Source: the human T2T-CHM13v2.0 reference genome, Homo sapiens. From it: a DNA stretch of 64,000 nucleotides. Numbering within the stretch: the first letter of the stretch is position 1; the number at the start of each line of letters is the position of its first letter. Of the stretch, positions 16,671 through 31,370 are shown piece after piece. The notes below the pieces were generated by a model. That model did no database searches, was not told the origin of the DNA, and worked only from the letters and a program-made list of their open reading frames with translations. The DNA is taken from the NCBI RefSeq assembly GCF_009914755.1, contig NC_060934.1, one strand, 5' to 3'. The position numbers and the translations under genes were made by a program.

Positions 16671-17379
16671 GGAGAGTATTTATACAAATAATTAACTGTT
16701 ATGGGGTTTTTTTTTCTAATTTTCAGTGGTCCCACATAAAAGAATAGTATAAAATGTTTGTCAGTTTTCTGTATATGTTATTCTCTTTCTGATCAGTTAG
16801 AGGACTACAAATCAAGTTAAAAATTTTAATAATTTCTATTATCCTGCCTCACTGATACGGAGGTCTAATTAATCTGGTGATATATTGATTAATTCATTCA
16901 TTTAACAGTTGTTTCTTATGTGAGCCCTCTGATTTTATTCATCCTTCATCCTTCAAGCCCCTCCTTAAATCTACCTCCTACATAAAGCCTTCCTCAGTTT
17001 ATATTTGTCTTTTTTACTTTATAGCCACTTAGTTTGTTTGTTTTTTTTTTTCCAAAATGTGTGGTGTGTACCACTAGGGATACACAAGATAGTTCTAAGT
17101 GATACACAGGCAAACATTTCTAAATGTTTCAGTATTATGTTGTTAACTAGAGAAAAAACCTCTAACTAGCACATAAAATCTGTGATTTCACAAATACTAT
17201 TTTTATAACAAAGCTAAATTTATTTGTATAATAAAATATTAAATAAGTGATAGTAGATTTGAGAAGATGGTTTGTGTCTTCTGAAATTCAGGAGATGGGG
17301 AATCCCATATGCTTTGGCTCATTATTGTTCTATAATGGTGTTTGTTACTATGTGTATGTTTCATTTGCAAACAAGATCA

Positions 17380-17630
17380 TTATCATTAACACATACTGAA
17401 TACTTACCATGTGGCTACTTCTATACTACACATATGACTACATCATCTCAATTCCTTTTTATAACAACTCTGTAAAGTAGGTACAATTGTAAATCCATTT
17501 CATAGAAGAGGAAACTGAGGCTTAGGAAGAGGTTAAGGAACCTGCTCAAACACAGTTAGTAAACCATAGAGCCAGGATTAAAATCCAGGTTTATTTAATT
17601 CCTGACCTCATCTTCTGTCTACCTATGCTA
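17380..17630 (-). mobile_element. MIR
   Basis: ccatttcatagaagaggaaactgaggcttagg...ggattaaaatccaggt. Confidence 0.75.
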
Positions 17631-19914
17631 CCTCCTCAAGGAAGCATATTCCTCAAGGAGAGATGGGGTCAGCAGATATTGTGGTATCTGAAATTATTCC
17701 TGGAGTACCTTTTCTTGTCAATGAAAGTTTGGCAAGTTAGAGCTTCTCAGAAGCAGGGATACATTTTTAGAAAATAAGTATTTTTCTCTTTTAGAAGAAC
17801 ATTAAGTATCAAGAACTGAAATAACACTATGGTCTTTTCAGTAACAAGCAGATTATGTGAAGCTCTAAGGTAATCATTCTTTGCATCTTCACTTATTCCT
17901 TAGAGATACTGCTGACTAGGCAAAGAAAAATCTTCCAACACCTTCTTTGCTCCAACATACATACATACATACCCTCACACATGCATACATAGGGCACACA
18001 TGCATACCCACACACAAACACACATTCGCATTGCAAAGATACACACAAATACACATACACACAAATAGACACACACAGTCTCTTTTTTAGCTATCTAGCC
18101 AAGTTCATTTTCAGGAAACCTGATTTGAGGAGCATGGCTGATTTGATACATAAGACAGGCTTTGGGGAGTCATTCTGGGGAGCATTTGCTGATTTTGTAC
18201 AATGCATTCACTCTGCCTACTTTTCCATTCCATTGTTTGAACTAAGGCTATCAAATTTATTCTCTTTGCACTAGACAAAATGATAAGAATGTCAACCTAT
18301 TAAAGTCTGAGTTGATTTAACAAACAAAGTTATACAAAGCATCAACAGCCAGATTGACTTCACTTCAAATCCTTTTCCTTTTTAATAGAGCAAAATCTCC
18401 TTTCTCATTTGCTGGTGAACTCTAGAGAGTGGTTTAGATTTTTGGTACATGACATTCTCAAGAATTATAGTAGGTTTATTACAGTGGTTATGGGAAGTAA
18501 ACTCCATCTTATTTTTTCAACTCATTACTTTTCTCAATTTCAATCTGAAACTTAAATGCTGAATTCCACTTGGGTAGGTAGTGAATGACATTAATTCCTT
18601 CAGTCCTGACCCAGGTTTCCTGTCAATATTGGAGTGAAGCACCTTTAGACTCCATATATTTGAATGCTTAGTCCCCAAGTGTGCAGAATTTCCCCAAGGC
18701 AGAATGAGTTATAAGCTGCTTTTATGTACTTCCCAATGCTGGGCCCTTAGTGATGAATCAATGAATGTTGCTGAAATGAAATTTTTTTTCATATCATGGA
18801 CAAGAAAACCTTGAAGAGGAGGGTGACAATAGATTCCATCAAGTCAACTATTTTCTATATGCTCATTACGGATGCTAAGAAACTAGATGGAGCTCTCTAA
18901 GGACAGGAACAAATGAGGCTAGCAGACTGCATAACATATTGTAGATAATATTATATTGAGGGGACTCAGGAGTGCCATAAAAGGTACATTGTCACCAGTC
19001 TATCAGATTTTAATATTTCCATAATTATTAAAATGAGATGGTAAAAAGAAAAAGCATAACCACTAGAAGTTACCATAAATTAATAATATTCTCAGGCAAA
19101 CAGTTGCTCTCATAATGAATTTTGGTATTTGGTTTCAAAAAGGAACCAAACAGTTGAAATACTTCCACACATTCTAGAAAATGAAATTGGCATACAGGGT
19201 TTTGACGATGACTGTAAACAATGGTTTGCATTTTCTTCTCCATTGCCCAAAATGACGTTAATCCTCTCTGGCGCTCATGACAGGGAAAATAAATGACTTT
19301 TTTCTTTCCCTTTGTCAGAAACACACTAAATCATTCAGGATTGTTTCGAAGTAATTTCATCTGTTTTTGGTCCTGTTTTTATGAGCACGGAATGTCTCCT
19401 CGGGACCTGGAGAACACTTTCTGTTAAAAAGCCATATTACAATATGTTAATTTGTGATGGACGTTAGTATGCGCATCCCATGGTCTTGAGGGACTCAAAT
19501 CGCTTCGGGAAAATGATGCCCTCTTCTTGACTTGGGCATTCAGCCAGAAACTGGGGGTTCTCTCTTTCCTGAACATTCTATTGGACATATGACAGCACAC
19601 TGACACCACGTGTCAAAACTATTTTTTAAGAAAAATGAGTGAGCACTGTATATTCTGTACCAGGCAAATGACAATAACCTTGAGTCCCACCACCATCGAT
19701 AACCTCTTGCCACCCAGTGTCATTTTTAATAAGTTCTCCATGAAACTAGTTCCATCGTCTGTCACACTGCCCTCTGCTGGCCTGGACTGTATTTACTGAC
19801 ACAGAACATTAAAAACTTAAAATGTTAGGAAGGGAATCCTCAGAATCCTCTGGATCTGACCATTGATTACAGCTCTTCCAATACAACCCACAAGTCTATC
19901 CATTTTAAAATGCC

Positions 19915-20050
19915 ATTTATTCAACACTTATGGGGCCCTGACTCGTGGCCGGGCAATGTAGGCACTGCGAATATAGCAATGAACAAATCGCATACCGTGT
20001 GCTAAATAAGTGTCCAGCCTAGCAGGCAGGATGGTCTCGTAAACAAGTAG
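19915..20050 (-). mobile_element. L2 3' end
   Basis: atttattcaacacttat...gtaggcactgcgaatatagcaatgaacaaa. Confidence 0.5.
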
Positions 20051-22069
20051 TTATAGTAAGAGGTGAAAATGCCCATATCTGGGTAATGCAGTGTTTATTT
20101 TCTTCCTAATCGTGACTGTAGATCTTACTCATTCTGTTGGTGTAAGAAAAAGGCCATATCCTGGTCTTGATGCACTTACCATAAATTTGGCATCATAAGG
20201 TTTATGTCAATTCACGTTTCCTTTAGGTCTAGTTCTATTTCATTATGTGGAAGCTCCATGCTAACTGAGGCCTGTCTAACAAATTGGATATGGATAAAAT
20301 ATGGTGAGTGCTTGGGCGCCATTTTTCAGCCCACAGTCATAGAGATATTTTACATAATTAAGGTGCGTCTAGAACAGCAGCCCAATGTTCCAATACATTT
20401 GTTAGTCTGCTACTTTGGACCAATATTTCTGGCTTGAGAAAATCACATTGGCAATATAATTTGGTTGGGTTAAAGCTCAGAGAATAGCAAATGAATCATC
20501 TGTGATTATATTAAAAGTATGGCCAAAATTTTATTCCAACTATTTTTGAAGTATGTAGGAATACAGGTTGTGTGAGGTCAGAGTAAAGGTTGAGCCTGGG
20601 AAGGTAATGGTGATGAGAAGAGTCTTCATCTTAACTATACTTTGAAGGTATGAAGCTGCAAGATCAGAATCCCAGGGGCTATTGTTTTTTCCTGGTTATT
20701 TTACTTTTCAAAAGTTAGAGTATTTGCTATTCAGTGGAATCTTGTTCCAAAGATATTGGTTAACTGAGTCAAACTCTATGGTTTTCCACCCAATTTTTCC
20801 TGTTCTATGATAGAATTCAATTCTCTTAAAGTCCAATTTAAAAACTATTTATAAATGAAAGATTAAAGAAATGTAAGTAGGTATTTTGTTCTCTAATTAT
20901 AAATTTGCATTAATCATTACTTAGTTTAACCGATTTTTCTCTTGTGCTTGAGAAGAATATACCTGCCTAATTCACCCTGATTTTGTTGGTTTTGTTTTGT
21001 TTTGTTTTAACATAGCCATGGCTCCAAGATCCCTATTGCTATTTTTTCTTAAAAATACCACATTCGTGTTTTTTTCTTAAGGCTGTGGAATTTTCTTAAG
21101 TGAAAAACTCAGTAACTTCCAGCTTAATGAAAGAAGATATCAATGTGCCTTCTTAACACTCTTAACTCGTTCTCTGAGTTCTAAAATGTTCTGTTGTATC
21201 CCTTAAGACATCCATTTATCATCTCCCTTACTATAGAAAATAAATGTTCAGTTTGTGTGCTGCAGAATTATCCCAGATCTCTAATAGCAGATGAAGTTAA
21301 ATTGCTCTTAATTTATTTAAACTGGAAAATGTCCATCTAAAAACAGACTTCAATCATGGGACCAATGAGGAACGTATCTGAAGATTCCTCCATCAGAAAT
21401 AGCCAGCATAACACGGGAAATGGGAGCCTTTTTTGGACACCTAGTGAGGGCTCAAGGGCAGGTACTTTGACATTCTCTGATAAGTGAAAATGACTTAGCA
21501 TTTATCTGGATTAGGAGTTTGACAAAGGGGAGAGATGAAGCAATGTGGCCCGAAATTATCTACAGGATAGGAATGAAGACCAGCTTTTTTTTTCTTTGAG
21601 TGCTTTTCATATGTTTCTCTTTCTATGTTTTTAATAAAATAAATAGGTTCCAACACTTGGGCTTGTTTATATTACTATGGCCCCATCATCAATCTACTCA
21701 TATTTTAATGTCTCTTTTATTATCCGCAGGTTTATTCTTAATCACCAGCATTGCTTTCCATCACTGTGAATCTTAAAATTTTATCTGAGATCTTCTAACT
21801 TTCTTACAAAAAGATAGGAAGGGAAATTCTTAATCTTTTTCATCCGATTAAATACTGACAAAGTGGCATGTCTCTGAGGTTGAATATAAGGCAGGAACTG
21901 AGGTAGACGGGCTGTTCAGAGTCAGATCCTAGCTTTGTCACTTGCTAAAGGGCTCTGACGTTCGGACAGCAAGTTTTGAGCCTCAGTTTTGATATACTTC
22001 ATGGAAATGTTAAAACCCACATAGAACTGTTAAGAGGAGTGGATGTAAAGTCTTAGTGCAATACCCCTT

Positions 22070-22395
<326 letters not shown>

Positions 22396-22558
22396 GTTTT
22401 CATTGCTGTTTTTTGTTTCCTCATCCCTACTAAGGATCTGACACTCTAGAATTAGCAGAAATGTCAAGAGGGTGTGATGGAGCAGGCTAAGTGGGGAGTG
22501 TTCTTTTGCAGCTTTTAGTACTTTGATGACTTGGGATCTCATTTTACCGTAAAAGAAG

Positions 22559-22563
<5 letters not shown>

Positions 22564-22603
<40 letters not shown>
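22564..22603. repeat. (TG)n microsatellite
   Basis: About 20 TG units. Confidence 0.97.
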
Positions 22604-22605
<2 letters not shown>

Positions 22606-22749
22606 GCAGGGGGCGGTAGGGATAGGCAAGAGAGAAAGAGAAGTGATCTTGAAACTTCTCTTAGTTTCTAGCTTCTAAATAGCCCTTGGTTTTTACATAT
22701 ACAGAAAAGCGTTGCAGTCCATGCTTTTTGGAGTCCATTTTGGTTGTGT

Positions 22750-23120
22750 CCATCTTTTCAAGGCCTTCTCTTTCTCTGTCCATCCCTCTTCAGTCTGCTC
22801 TTGCATCTCTTGTTTTCCTCATTATCCCTAGATGATCACATCCATACTCACAGCTTCAGTGCTCACACTTCTGCTCATGGCACCCAAATCTCTATTTCCA
22901 GCCCCTTCGAGCTTGAAGATTGGTAGTCAGATAGCTCTTTGGGCATGGCCTTTGAATGTCCAATAGGCTGTTCAAACTCAACGTTTAAAAATCTGACCAC
23001 ATGATTTTTACCCCCTCTCTCAGCTGCTACCCGGTTCTTCCTGGGTTCATTTTCTTTGTCAGTGGTGTCTTTATCTACTCCAAACCTCTAGCTTAATAAC
23101 CTTGGAGTCATTCTGAACCT
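22750..23120 (+). mobile_element. L2 fragment
   Basis: ccctagatgatcacatccatactcacagcttcag...cccaaatctctatttccagccc...tcaaactcaacg. Confidence 0.6.
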
Positions 23121-23252
23121 GATCTTTGAAATCAGCTTGGCTGTTACCTCCAGTTCTACATCAACTCTTATTTCTTTGTAGGAATGCTTATTGGGTGAAA
23201 TTCAGTAGTAACAAGAGTGACAGAGACATGTGCGTGTCAAACACAGCTTTTC

Positions 23253-23254
<2 letters not shown>

Positions 23255-23283
<29 letters not shown>

Positions 23284-23551
23284 TTTTTGGAGACAGAGTC
23301 TTGTTCTTTCACTCACGTTGGATTGCAGTGGCATGATCTCGGCTTGCTGCACTTCCACCTCCAGGGTTCAAGAGACTCTTCTGCCTCAGCCTCCCACATA
23401 GCTGCCACACCCAGCTAATGTTTTGTATTTTAGTAGAGACAGGGTTTCTCCTTGTTGCTCAGGCTGGTCTCGAACTCCTGAGCTCAGGCAATCGGCCCAC
23501 CTCAGCCTCCCAAAGTGCTAGGATTACAGGCATGAGCCACTGCGCCTAGCC
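23255..23551 (-). mobile_element. Alu (AluS/J-type, small internal deletion)
   Basis: Reverse Alu; TSD caaacacagcttttctt on both sides. Confidence 0.93.
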
Positions 23552-24012
23552 CAAACACAGCTTTTCTTACCTATCTTTTATTCTTGCCTAGTTTAGAACT
23601 TTCACCATCTCTCCTTCTTTACGACTGGAAAAATTGCCTTTTTAATTTCCTCCACCAGACTATTTCCAATTTCTCATCAAATTTAGCATTGATCTTGTTG
23701 TTGATTCCCTTATTAAAGTGAAATGTCTCTTTATTGTCTGTAAGATGTAGTTCAAATCCCTTAGCTTTCATACCCAACTCTTTACCCCTGGCTATAGTAT
23801 ATTTGCTAGCCTTATCTGCCAATGCTCTGTCCTCTACATACCTGTACTTTAATTGCTTCAAAGCCTGTGTCATTCTCCAGTACAACCAAATACTATACTG
23901 AGTTGCCTCGAGACCAGTCTCAGCTGAGTGTTTCATTGAAAACCAACAGAAATTGATTCCAAAATGCACTGTCTACAGTTTTGTGTTTTACTGAAGTTTT
24001 CTGGTAAAGAAA

Positions 24013-24220
24013 AATCCCAGCACTTTGGAAGGCCTAGGCGGATGGATCACTTGCAGTCAGGAGTTTGAGACCAGCCTGGCCAACATGATGAAACCCCGTC
24101 TCTACTAAAAATACAAAAATTAGCCGGGCGTGAGCACCACTGCCCTCCAGCTTGGGTGACAGAGCAAGACTCTGTCTTAAAAAAAAAAAAAAGAAGAAGA
24201 AGAAGAAGAAAGAAAAAGAA
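24013..24220 (+). mobile_element. 5'-truncated Alu with most of right arm deleted
   Basis: aatcccagcactttgg...ttagccgggcgtg|agcaccactgccctccagc...A/(AAG) tail. Confidence 0.9.
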
Positions 24221-24463
24221 ACCACTGCATAGCTCAGAGAAATATTTTCTCTCTAAAATCACAGCCTTCATTGCAGCTCAAGATCTTCCCAGCTTCTCCC
24301 TCTTCCTTTCCTTGACTCTGTCCCTACTGTCACCCTACTATCACTTCACCTACCCTCTTGGATCTCTCTTTCTGAATATCTTCCTTCCTTTATCTTGTGC
24401 AGTAATGTTGGCCTCTTTGTGCTTGTTCAATTCGGGAGTTATAGTTACAACCTTATCAACCAG

Positions 24464-25197
24464 TGGTATGGACAGGAGACAGGGAAATACTGGGTGGAAG
24501 AGGGCGGTTCCCCATCCAAGGCCATGCCCTCAAGCCTGGAGACCCATGGTCCTAAATGGGGACAGGCATGCCTGTTTTCACACCCAAAAAGTTGCCTTTT
24601 GGCCCACGATGCTCCCTGTCTTGCACCCACATAAACCCCAAACCCCAGGTTCCAGAAGCAGAGGAGCAGACAAGATGAGATAAGTAGATGAATGGGTGAA
24701 TGATGTGGCAGAGAAAGAAGGAGCAATGTCTAAACACTGAGAGGAGTTCAGCTGGGGGTGATCAGAGTGGAATCGGCTGCTGGATGGCAAGGCTCCAGGG
24801 AAAGATCATTTTCCCACTCCATCCCTCCTTCAGGCTCCCCATCCATCCACTGACAGCCACCTCCACCACTTGATAAAACCCCCATATTCATCCTTCAAGT
24901 CTGTGACCCAATTCTTCCAGGATGCTGAACAAGAGCTTGAGATACAGCAAGCTGTCACACTGGCCCTCTGCCCTTGCAGAAGGGCAGAGAGTCCAATGAG
25001 CTGGTTAACACTCAAGCCATCTGTGGACGGCAGGGCTAAAAGGGCACACTGTAACACATACCCACTTGGGCTCCTGCATTCATCCATCTGTGTGCGCCCC
25101 CTTCCCTCAGGGGTTTGAGCAGTGGCAGTGACCGAAGAGACAAGCCACACCCCTGTCGCACGTCAGGTGAGGTGGATCAGGGAACTCTGCTGTTTCA
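24464..25197 (+). mobile_element. ERV1 solo LTR (LTR1/MER52 family)
   Basis: Starts tggtatggacaggagacagggaaatactgggtggaagagggcggttcccc, ends gaactctgctgtttca; flanks ccag/acag. Confidence 0.8.
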
Positions 25198-25319
25198 ACA
25201 GAGTCCATTATCTAAGCAGAAAAGTAAAACAAAAAAAGATGATAGAAGGCAAAGTCATTCAGTTCTTGACTTCTCTCTGTGTTGAGAGTTGATTCTAAGT
25301 GTGCAAGGATAATATGCAG

Positions 25320-26260
25320 GGGAACTTGGTAGGAGTCTATTGTAGTTATTCAGATGAGAGGGTGGTTGCTAAGTCCAGGGTAGTAGGAATTCAGATGGCA
25401 AAAATGGTCAGATTCTAAGTATATGTTGACGGTATTATGAAAACGATTTTAAGAAAGAGGAGTCAAGATGACTCTTGAATTGTTCGGCTTGAGCAACTGA
25501 AAAGGACTTTCTATTTACTGACTAAGGAAAGACTTCAGATGAAGTAAGTTTGAGAATATCAGCACCTTATTTTTGGGCATAATGAGTTAGAGATGTCTCC
25601 TCTACATCTAAGTAGACATTTGGGTATTTTGATTTGGAGCATGAGCAAGAAGTCTGAGCTGGAGGTGAAAACGTGGGGACCATTAGTACGTAGATGGTAT
25701 TTAAAGCCATGTGACTGAGTGAAAAGATCATGGGAGTGAATGTAAATGGAAAAGGGAAGGGAACCAAAGACAGCCCCGACACCCTCCACCATTAACTGGT
25801 CAGTACACAAGGGAGAATCAGCAAAGGAGGCTGAGGAGCCCCCAGCAGGGTATGAGGAAACCCAAGAGAGTATGGTGCCTGGAAGCCAAGTCAAGTGATC
25901 GTAAGGTGTGGGTTAAGACAAAATAATTTCTGTAGAATGTGGGGAGAAGAGGCCTGCTTAAAATGGGTTTAAGAGAGAAGTGGGGAGAAACTAGAAACAA
26001 TATAAACAGCCCTTTTAAGGAGTTTTGTAAGGGGATCAGAGAAGTGAGTAGGAAACAGGTCGGAGGAAGTGGGCTGGGAGGGAATTGTTGGTTTGTTTGT
26101 TGCCTCGTTGTTTTTAAGATGAAAATACCTCTGTGTGTTGGTGGGAATGATTCAGAAGAAGTAGTGTGGATCGATGAAATAGGGAAGAAATGGGAAAATC
26201 ACTAGATCCATGTCTTTGAGCAGGTGAGAGGGTATAAGTTCTAATGCATAAGCACTGGCT
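25320..26260 (-). mobile_element. L2 (long fragment)
   Basis: gtagatggtatttaaagccatgtgactgagtga...gagaatcagcaaaggaggctgagg...ggaagccaag typical of antisense L2. Confidence 0.75.
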
Positions 26261-26361
26261 TTATTAGTTCATCTGTTTTAACAGGATCAAGATTTATCTT
26301 TGTTTTCCTGAACTAGCACAATACTTTGTCCATGACGGATGTTCAATGAGTATATATTTAA

Positions 26362-26690
<329 letters not shown>

Positions 26691-26849
26691 CGGTTTGCTC
26701 TTTCATTAATGTAGAGAAGAAAGGAAAGCATGCTCTCTTCCATTCCTTCTCTCTTCTATCTGGACCATGTTGTGCTATATAGCTCATTCCAGTTGTTCAC
26801 TGAACAGTCTCATAAGAAGAGCAAAAAGACTGCAGTATGGGGAATTGGG

Positions 26850-27080
26850 GGAGCAAAGAGAGAGGGAAGAGAGAAGAGAGAGGAGAGGAAGAAAGAGAAG
26901 AGGGAGATCAAGAAGAAAGAGAGCAAGAGGATGGGGGCAGCAAGGGGGGGAGCACGAGGAGTGGGGGAGCAAGAGGAGATGGGGACAAAAGGAGGTGGGG
27001 AGAGAGGGGAGAGAGCGAAAGATGCAGGGAGAGGTGAAGAGAGAGGAGAGGGAGAGTTGAGGGAGAAAGAAATAGAGAGG
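26850..27080. repeat. GA-rich (polypurine) low-complexity tract
   Basis: Almost purely A/G on + strand. Confidence 0.9.
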
Positions 27081-27081
27081 A

Positions 27082-27364
27082 GGCCACGCACGGTGGCTCA
27101 TGCCTATAATCCCACCGCTTTGGGAGGCCGAGGTGGGTGGATCACTGGAGGTCAGGAGTTAGAGACCAGCCTGGCCAACATAGTGAAACCCCATCTATAC
27201 TAAACATATAAAAATTAGCCAGGCATGGTGGCACACTCCTGTACTCTCAGCCACTCAGGAGGCTGAGGCAGGAGAATCAGTTGAACCCAGGAAGCAGAGG
27301 TTGCAGTGAGCCAAGATCTTGCTACACTGCACTCCAGCCTGGGCAACAGAGCAAGACTCCATCT

Positions 27365-27397
<33 letters not shown>
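27082..27397 (+). mobile_element. Alu (AluS-type)
   Basis: Full Alu with long poly-A; TSD gaaagaaatagag. Confidence 0.95.
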
Positions 27398-27932
27398 AGG
27401 AAAGAAATAGAGGAAAGTTTATTTTCCTTGTATAACACAACCTGCAAAACTTCATAAAACTTTATGATTCAATTATTTGACAAATGGAAGCCAAGCAGTT
27501 AGGGAAATGCTGTGTTCCCTGTCCCTCCCTGATATTATGTCGCCCGGCAGTGTTCGGGGTAACCTCATCGTGAATCAACCAAGTCCCCTCTCCCCTGCAG
27601 CTTCATCTCTAGTAAAGAGGGACTGTTTGACTGTTTTCCTGCCCACTTTCCCTTCCGCTATTCGGATGCAACGGTGTTTTGACCTCTTTGGCTCTGTCCT
27701 GATGTACCCAACTGTCTCTCTACCTATAAACAGGGAGGCTGATTTATTCTGTGGGACAAATTTTATTTTTCTTATATGACTTTAATGTACGTTGTGTTGC
27801 TAAATCAGTTCTCTTTCTGTCCCATGTCTACATGGCCTGTTCTAAACACTGGTGAGAACTGACCCAGTATAGACAGGCACTCCAACTTCCCCTTCCTGAC
27901 ATTTTCTGGTAATTTAATAGTTGAATATCTTC

Positions 27933-28017
27933 TTGGGAGGCTGAGGCAGGAGAATGGCATGAACCCAGGAGGCAGAGCTTGCAACCGTCTCAAAATAATA
28001 ATAATTAATAATAATAA
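27933..28017 (+). mobile_element. Short AluY fragment with internal deletion and (AAT)n tail
   Basis: ttgggaggctgaggcaggagaatggcatgaacccaggaggcagagcttgca|accgtctcaaaataataat. Confidence 0.85.
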
Positions 28018-28891
28018 TTCTCTTCATTATCTATTGTTTTTCTGACCTAAATCTCTACTAATGAAGCAAATCAAACCATCCCTAAACTACCTAAAGAATA
28101 ATTAAGTAATAATTGGGTGTGTCTCACTCATCACAAATGTGTTTGCTTTTCGAAGTCTATGGGTCCCCTAATGAGTGGCACACGCTGGAAATCTGATTGC
28201 TCTGGGAAAATCTGTGATACCCCCACCCCTCCATCTCAGGAATACAGGGTGAGCAGTGATATTCCAGAGAAGAGCTGATCTGGGACTATTTTAAGGTCTC
28301 CCTAAGTCAGGACCTCTGAGACCAACAGTAAGCCCAGAGAGCGCAAGCTGATGCCAAATTTCTATGGATCTGGAACTTTCTATTCCATACTTAAAAGTTA
28401 CAGAATCTTGACATAGCCTTACCTAATTTTCGCAATGAAGTTTGCACATCCTATACTTTAGTCTCTGGACTTTCAATCAAAAACTGAGGTTCTCTGTTGA
28501 ATGAGAGATGTGAGTATAACAGATGGTGGTCAGAGCCCCTGCTGAAGGAGTAGATGGTGGCGGTGTGTCCCGTGGGGCCCTCCTGTGTCTGTGCTAGACA
28601 CCTGACACAAGAGCAATCATTTCATAGGTTGTTCAGTGATTTATGATGTAGTCTAGTAGAAAAGGACAAGCTGAGCCAATCCCCATTTTACTCTTGTGTT
28701 TTAACTGGGAAACATTGAAAGAATTATACAGTTGCTAATAGGAGAGAATCTGACTTTTCATCATGAAAGCAAGATCATAGGCCATGGGGACTGAGTTCAC
28801 CAGAAAGCAGAAAATTTGGGTAATCATCAGACATCAGTTTGTAGGCAGAAAGAGAAGCCTTACTGTGGAAATGAAAGGATTAATTGGCAAC

Positions 28892-29076
28892 AAAGGGCAG
28901 ACCCAGGTATCCAGGGCCATAAGTTTACACAATTCTAAGGGTCTTGTATAAGAAAAAGGGTATACAATTACAAATATAAAATGGCTGGAGGCTCTCCCAG
29001 ATTCTTGTTAAAGATCCAAGCCAGTCATAGGTCTGAAGCTTAGGCTTTCTTGGGTTCACAGAATACCCATCTCTGC
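28892..29076. mobile_element. Probable hAT-type MITE remnant
   Basis: gtttacacaattc...taagaaaaag...ctgaagcttaggc...cccatctctg resembles short hAT MER elements; family uncertain. Confidence 0.35.
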
Positions 29077-29568
29077 TAATCACTAAGCAGGGTTGATGTC
29101 TGATGGTGTTCAGGTCTTTCTTTTTCCAGTTGGTGTCCTCAAATAAACACCATTTAACTTTTGTGAGGTGTTTTTTGCAACAGAAAGCTTGATTAAAAGA
29201 TGTAATGTGTGCATTAACTGCATTGACAAATTAGTAGATTTATTTATTTGTCTGATCATTGTGGCAACAGAAAAAATACTGAATCCATTCATGACAAATT
29301 ATCTAGGTTTTCTCTCCCATTAGCAAGGTACATACATCAAGTCTTCATTATTAGAATACCGTACCTTCTAAGCTGTTGTGGTTTTGTGGTTACATTCTGA
29401 GGTTTCAAGCTGCTTCTTATACATCATTTGTTCTATTAGAACCTAAGTCTCCTGTAGTATTGGAAAGGGGCCTGGAGAGAAAAATATTTTTAAAAGGTAT
29501 CAGTAAGAATGCATTTTCTTTGAACTTTTTGCATATATGAGACTCAGTTTAATAATTCCAATTTGTAA

Positions 29569-29876
<308 letters not shown>

Positions 29877-30180
29877 TAATGTAGTCAAATTTATCAAATT
29901 TTCTTTATGGTTAACATATAGAGGTCCTTTTAATATAATTTTACCCACCTTAAAGTCATAAAGATATTTTCCTATTTTAGTCTAAAAGTTTTATTGTTTA
30001 ACCTTTTATATTTATAGTCTATCAAGGATTGTATTATGGTGTGAGAGTAGGAATCAAGATTAATTTTTTTCCATATTTATTTTTTCACGCCTATCCCATT
30101 AACCCAAACCATTTATTTAAAAGTTGAGGACTTTTCCCACTCAACGTTGTCAGAAAATCAGATAATCATGCAAATGTGAG

Positions 30181-30531
30181 TGCTGCAGTCTCATTGCATC
30201 TCTCCTAAACTCGTGTTGAAACCTCATCCCAATCATAGTAATATTAAGAGGCAGGCCTTTGAGAAGTGGTTAAGTTATGAGGGCTCCACACTCATAAATG
30301 GGATTAGTGCCCTTAGAAGAGAATGGAAATTTCTGGCCCTCTCTGCCCTTTCACCATGTGAGAACACACAGAACCACTATCTATAAGGAGCAGGCCTTCC
30401 CCAGACACCAAATCTGCTGATGCCTTGATCTTGGGACTTCCTGACCCCTAGAACTGTGAGAAATAAATTTCTGTCATTTATAAATTACTCAGTATAAGGT
30501 ATTTTTCTAGCATCTCTAATGGACTAAGACA
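30181..30531 (+). mobile_element. MaLR solo LTR (MLT1A/MST-like)
   Basis: gggattagtgccctt...gaactgtgagaaataaatttctg...ggactaagaca; 5-bp TSD gtgag. Confidence 0.85.
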
Positions 30532-30903
30532 GTGAGGTCTCTGTTTCTGTACTCCATTTTTTCCATTGTTTTATTTGTCTATTTTTGGGCCAGTACCAAA
30601 ATTGAAAATATCTTTGTCAAATGGCATATTAAGATAATGAAAAGGTCAGCCACTGGACGAGGGGAAGATATTTGCAAAACATATGAGACAAAGCACTAGT
30701 ATTCAGAACATATACAGAATTCTCACAAATAAATGAGAAAAACCACCACCACCACCAGAGAAACCAATAGAAACACAGGCCAAGACACTTGAACAGGCAC
30801 TTCTTAAAAAAGGGTATTCAAATGCCCAATAGACATGAAAAGGCACTCATCTTCATTAGTTATCAGCAAGATGCAAATTAAAACCATAATGTGCTTCCAC
30901 CAC

Positions 30904-31370
30904 CGTTGAGAGAGAATTCTCCATACGTCTTTCATGCTTCTGCATGTCTTACAAGACATGCTTTGAGAGTCTGTTTTTTGTTGTAGATTGCCTTCTCAAA
31001 AACATCTGTATCATGGACAACCTTAGACAACGAAAATGGTGTCTCTGTGTGGAGCAAGCAGGCATGCTTAGCTTACTGCCCACTCTAAAAGATTCAGGTT
31101 CAGTAAACTCAGGATTTCTCACATGTAACACAACCCACTGCTCCTGCAGGTGCCATCTGGCTGTCTTTGCTTTGCCTTGTGGTCCCTGGGGCTTGGGGAG
31201 CCAGTGCAGAAGTGCTGGCACTCTAGTTACTGTTATTGCTGTGAAGTAATCAGCTATCCTTCATCTCTGACCCAAGAATATCAAGTCTTCTTCCAGGCTT
31301 CATAAACTTGTGGTAAGTTAATTAGCCTGATTTTAGTATAAAAATCTCAGACCCTTTTTAGTTCTTGACA
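30904..31370 (+). mobile_element. ERVL-class solo LTR inside L1M
   Basis: gagagagaattctccatacgtctttcatgcttctgcatgtctt...aatctcagaccc...gttcttgaca interrupts contiguous L1 sequence. Confidence 0.65.

Noticed and set aside
24156-25150. Cluster of overlapping ORFs (up to 175 aa)
   Set aside because: Derived from an Alu tail and an LTR; no gag/pol/env motifs and no internal ERV sequence
26730-27203. Glu/Arg/Lys/Gly-rich ORFs
   Set aside because: Translation of the GA-rich tract running into an Alu
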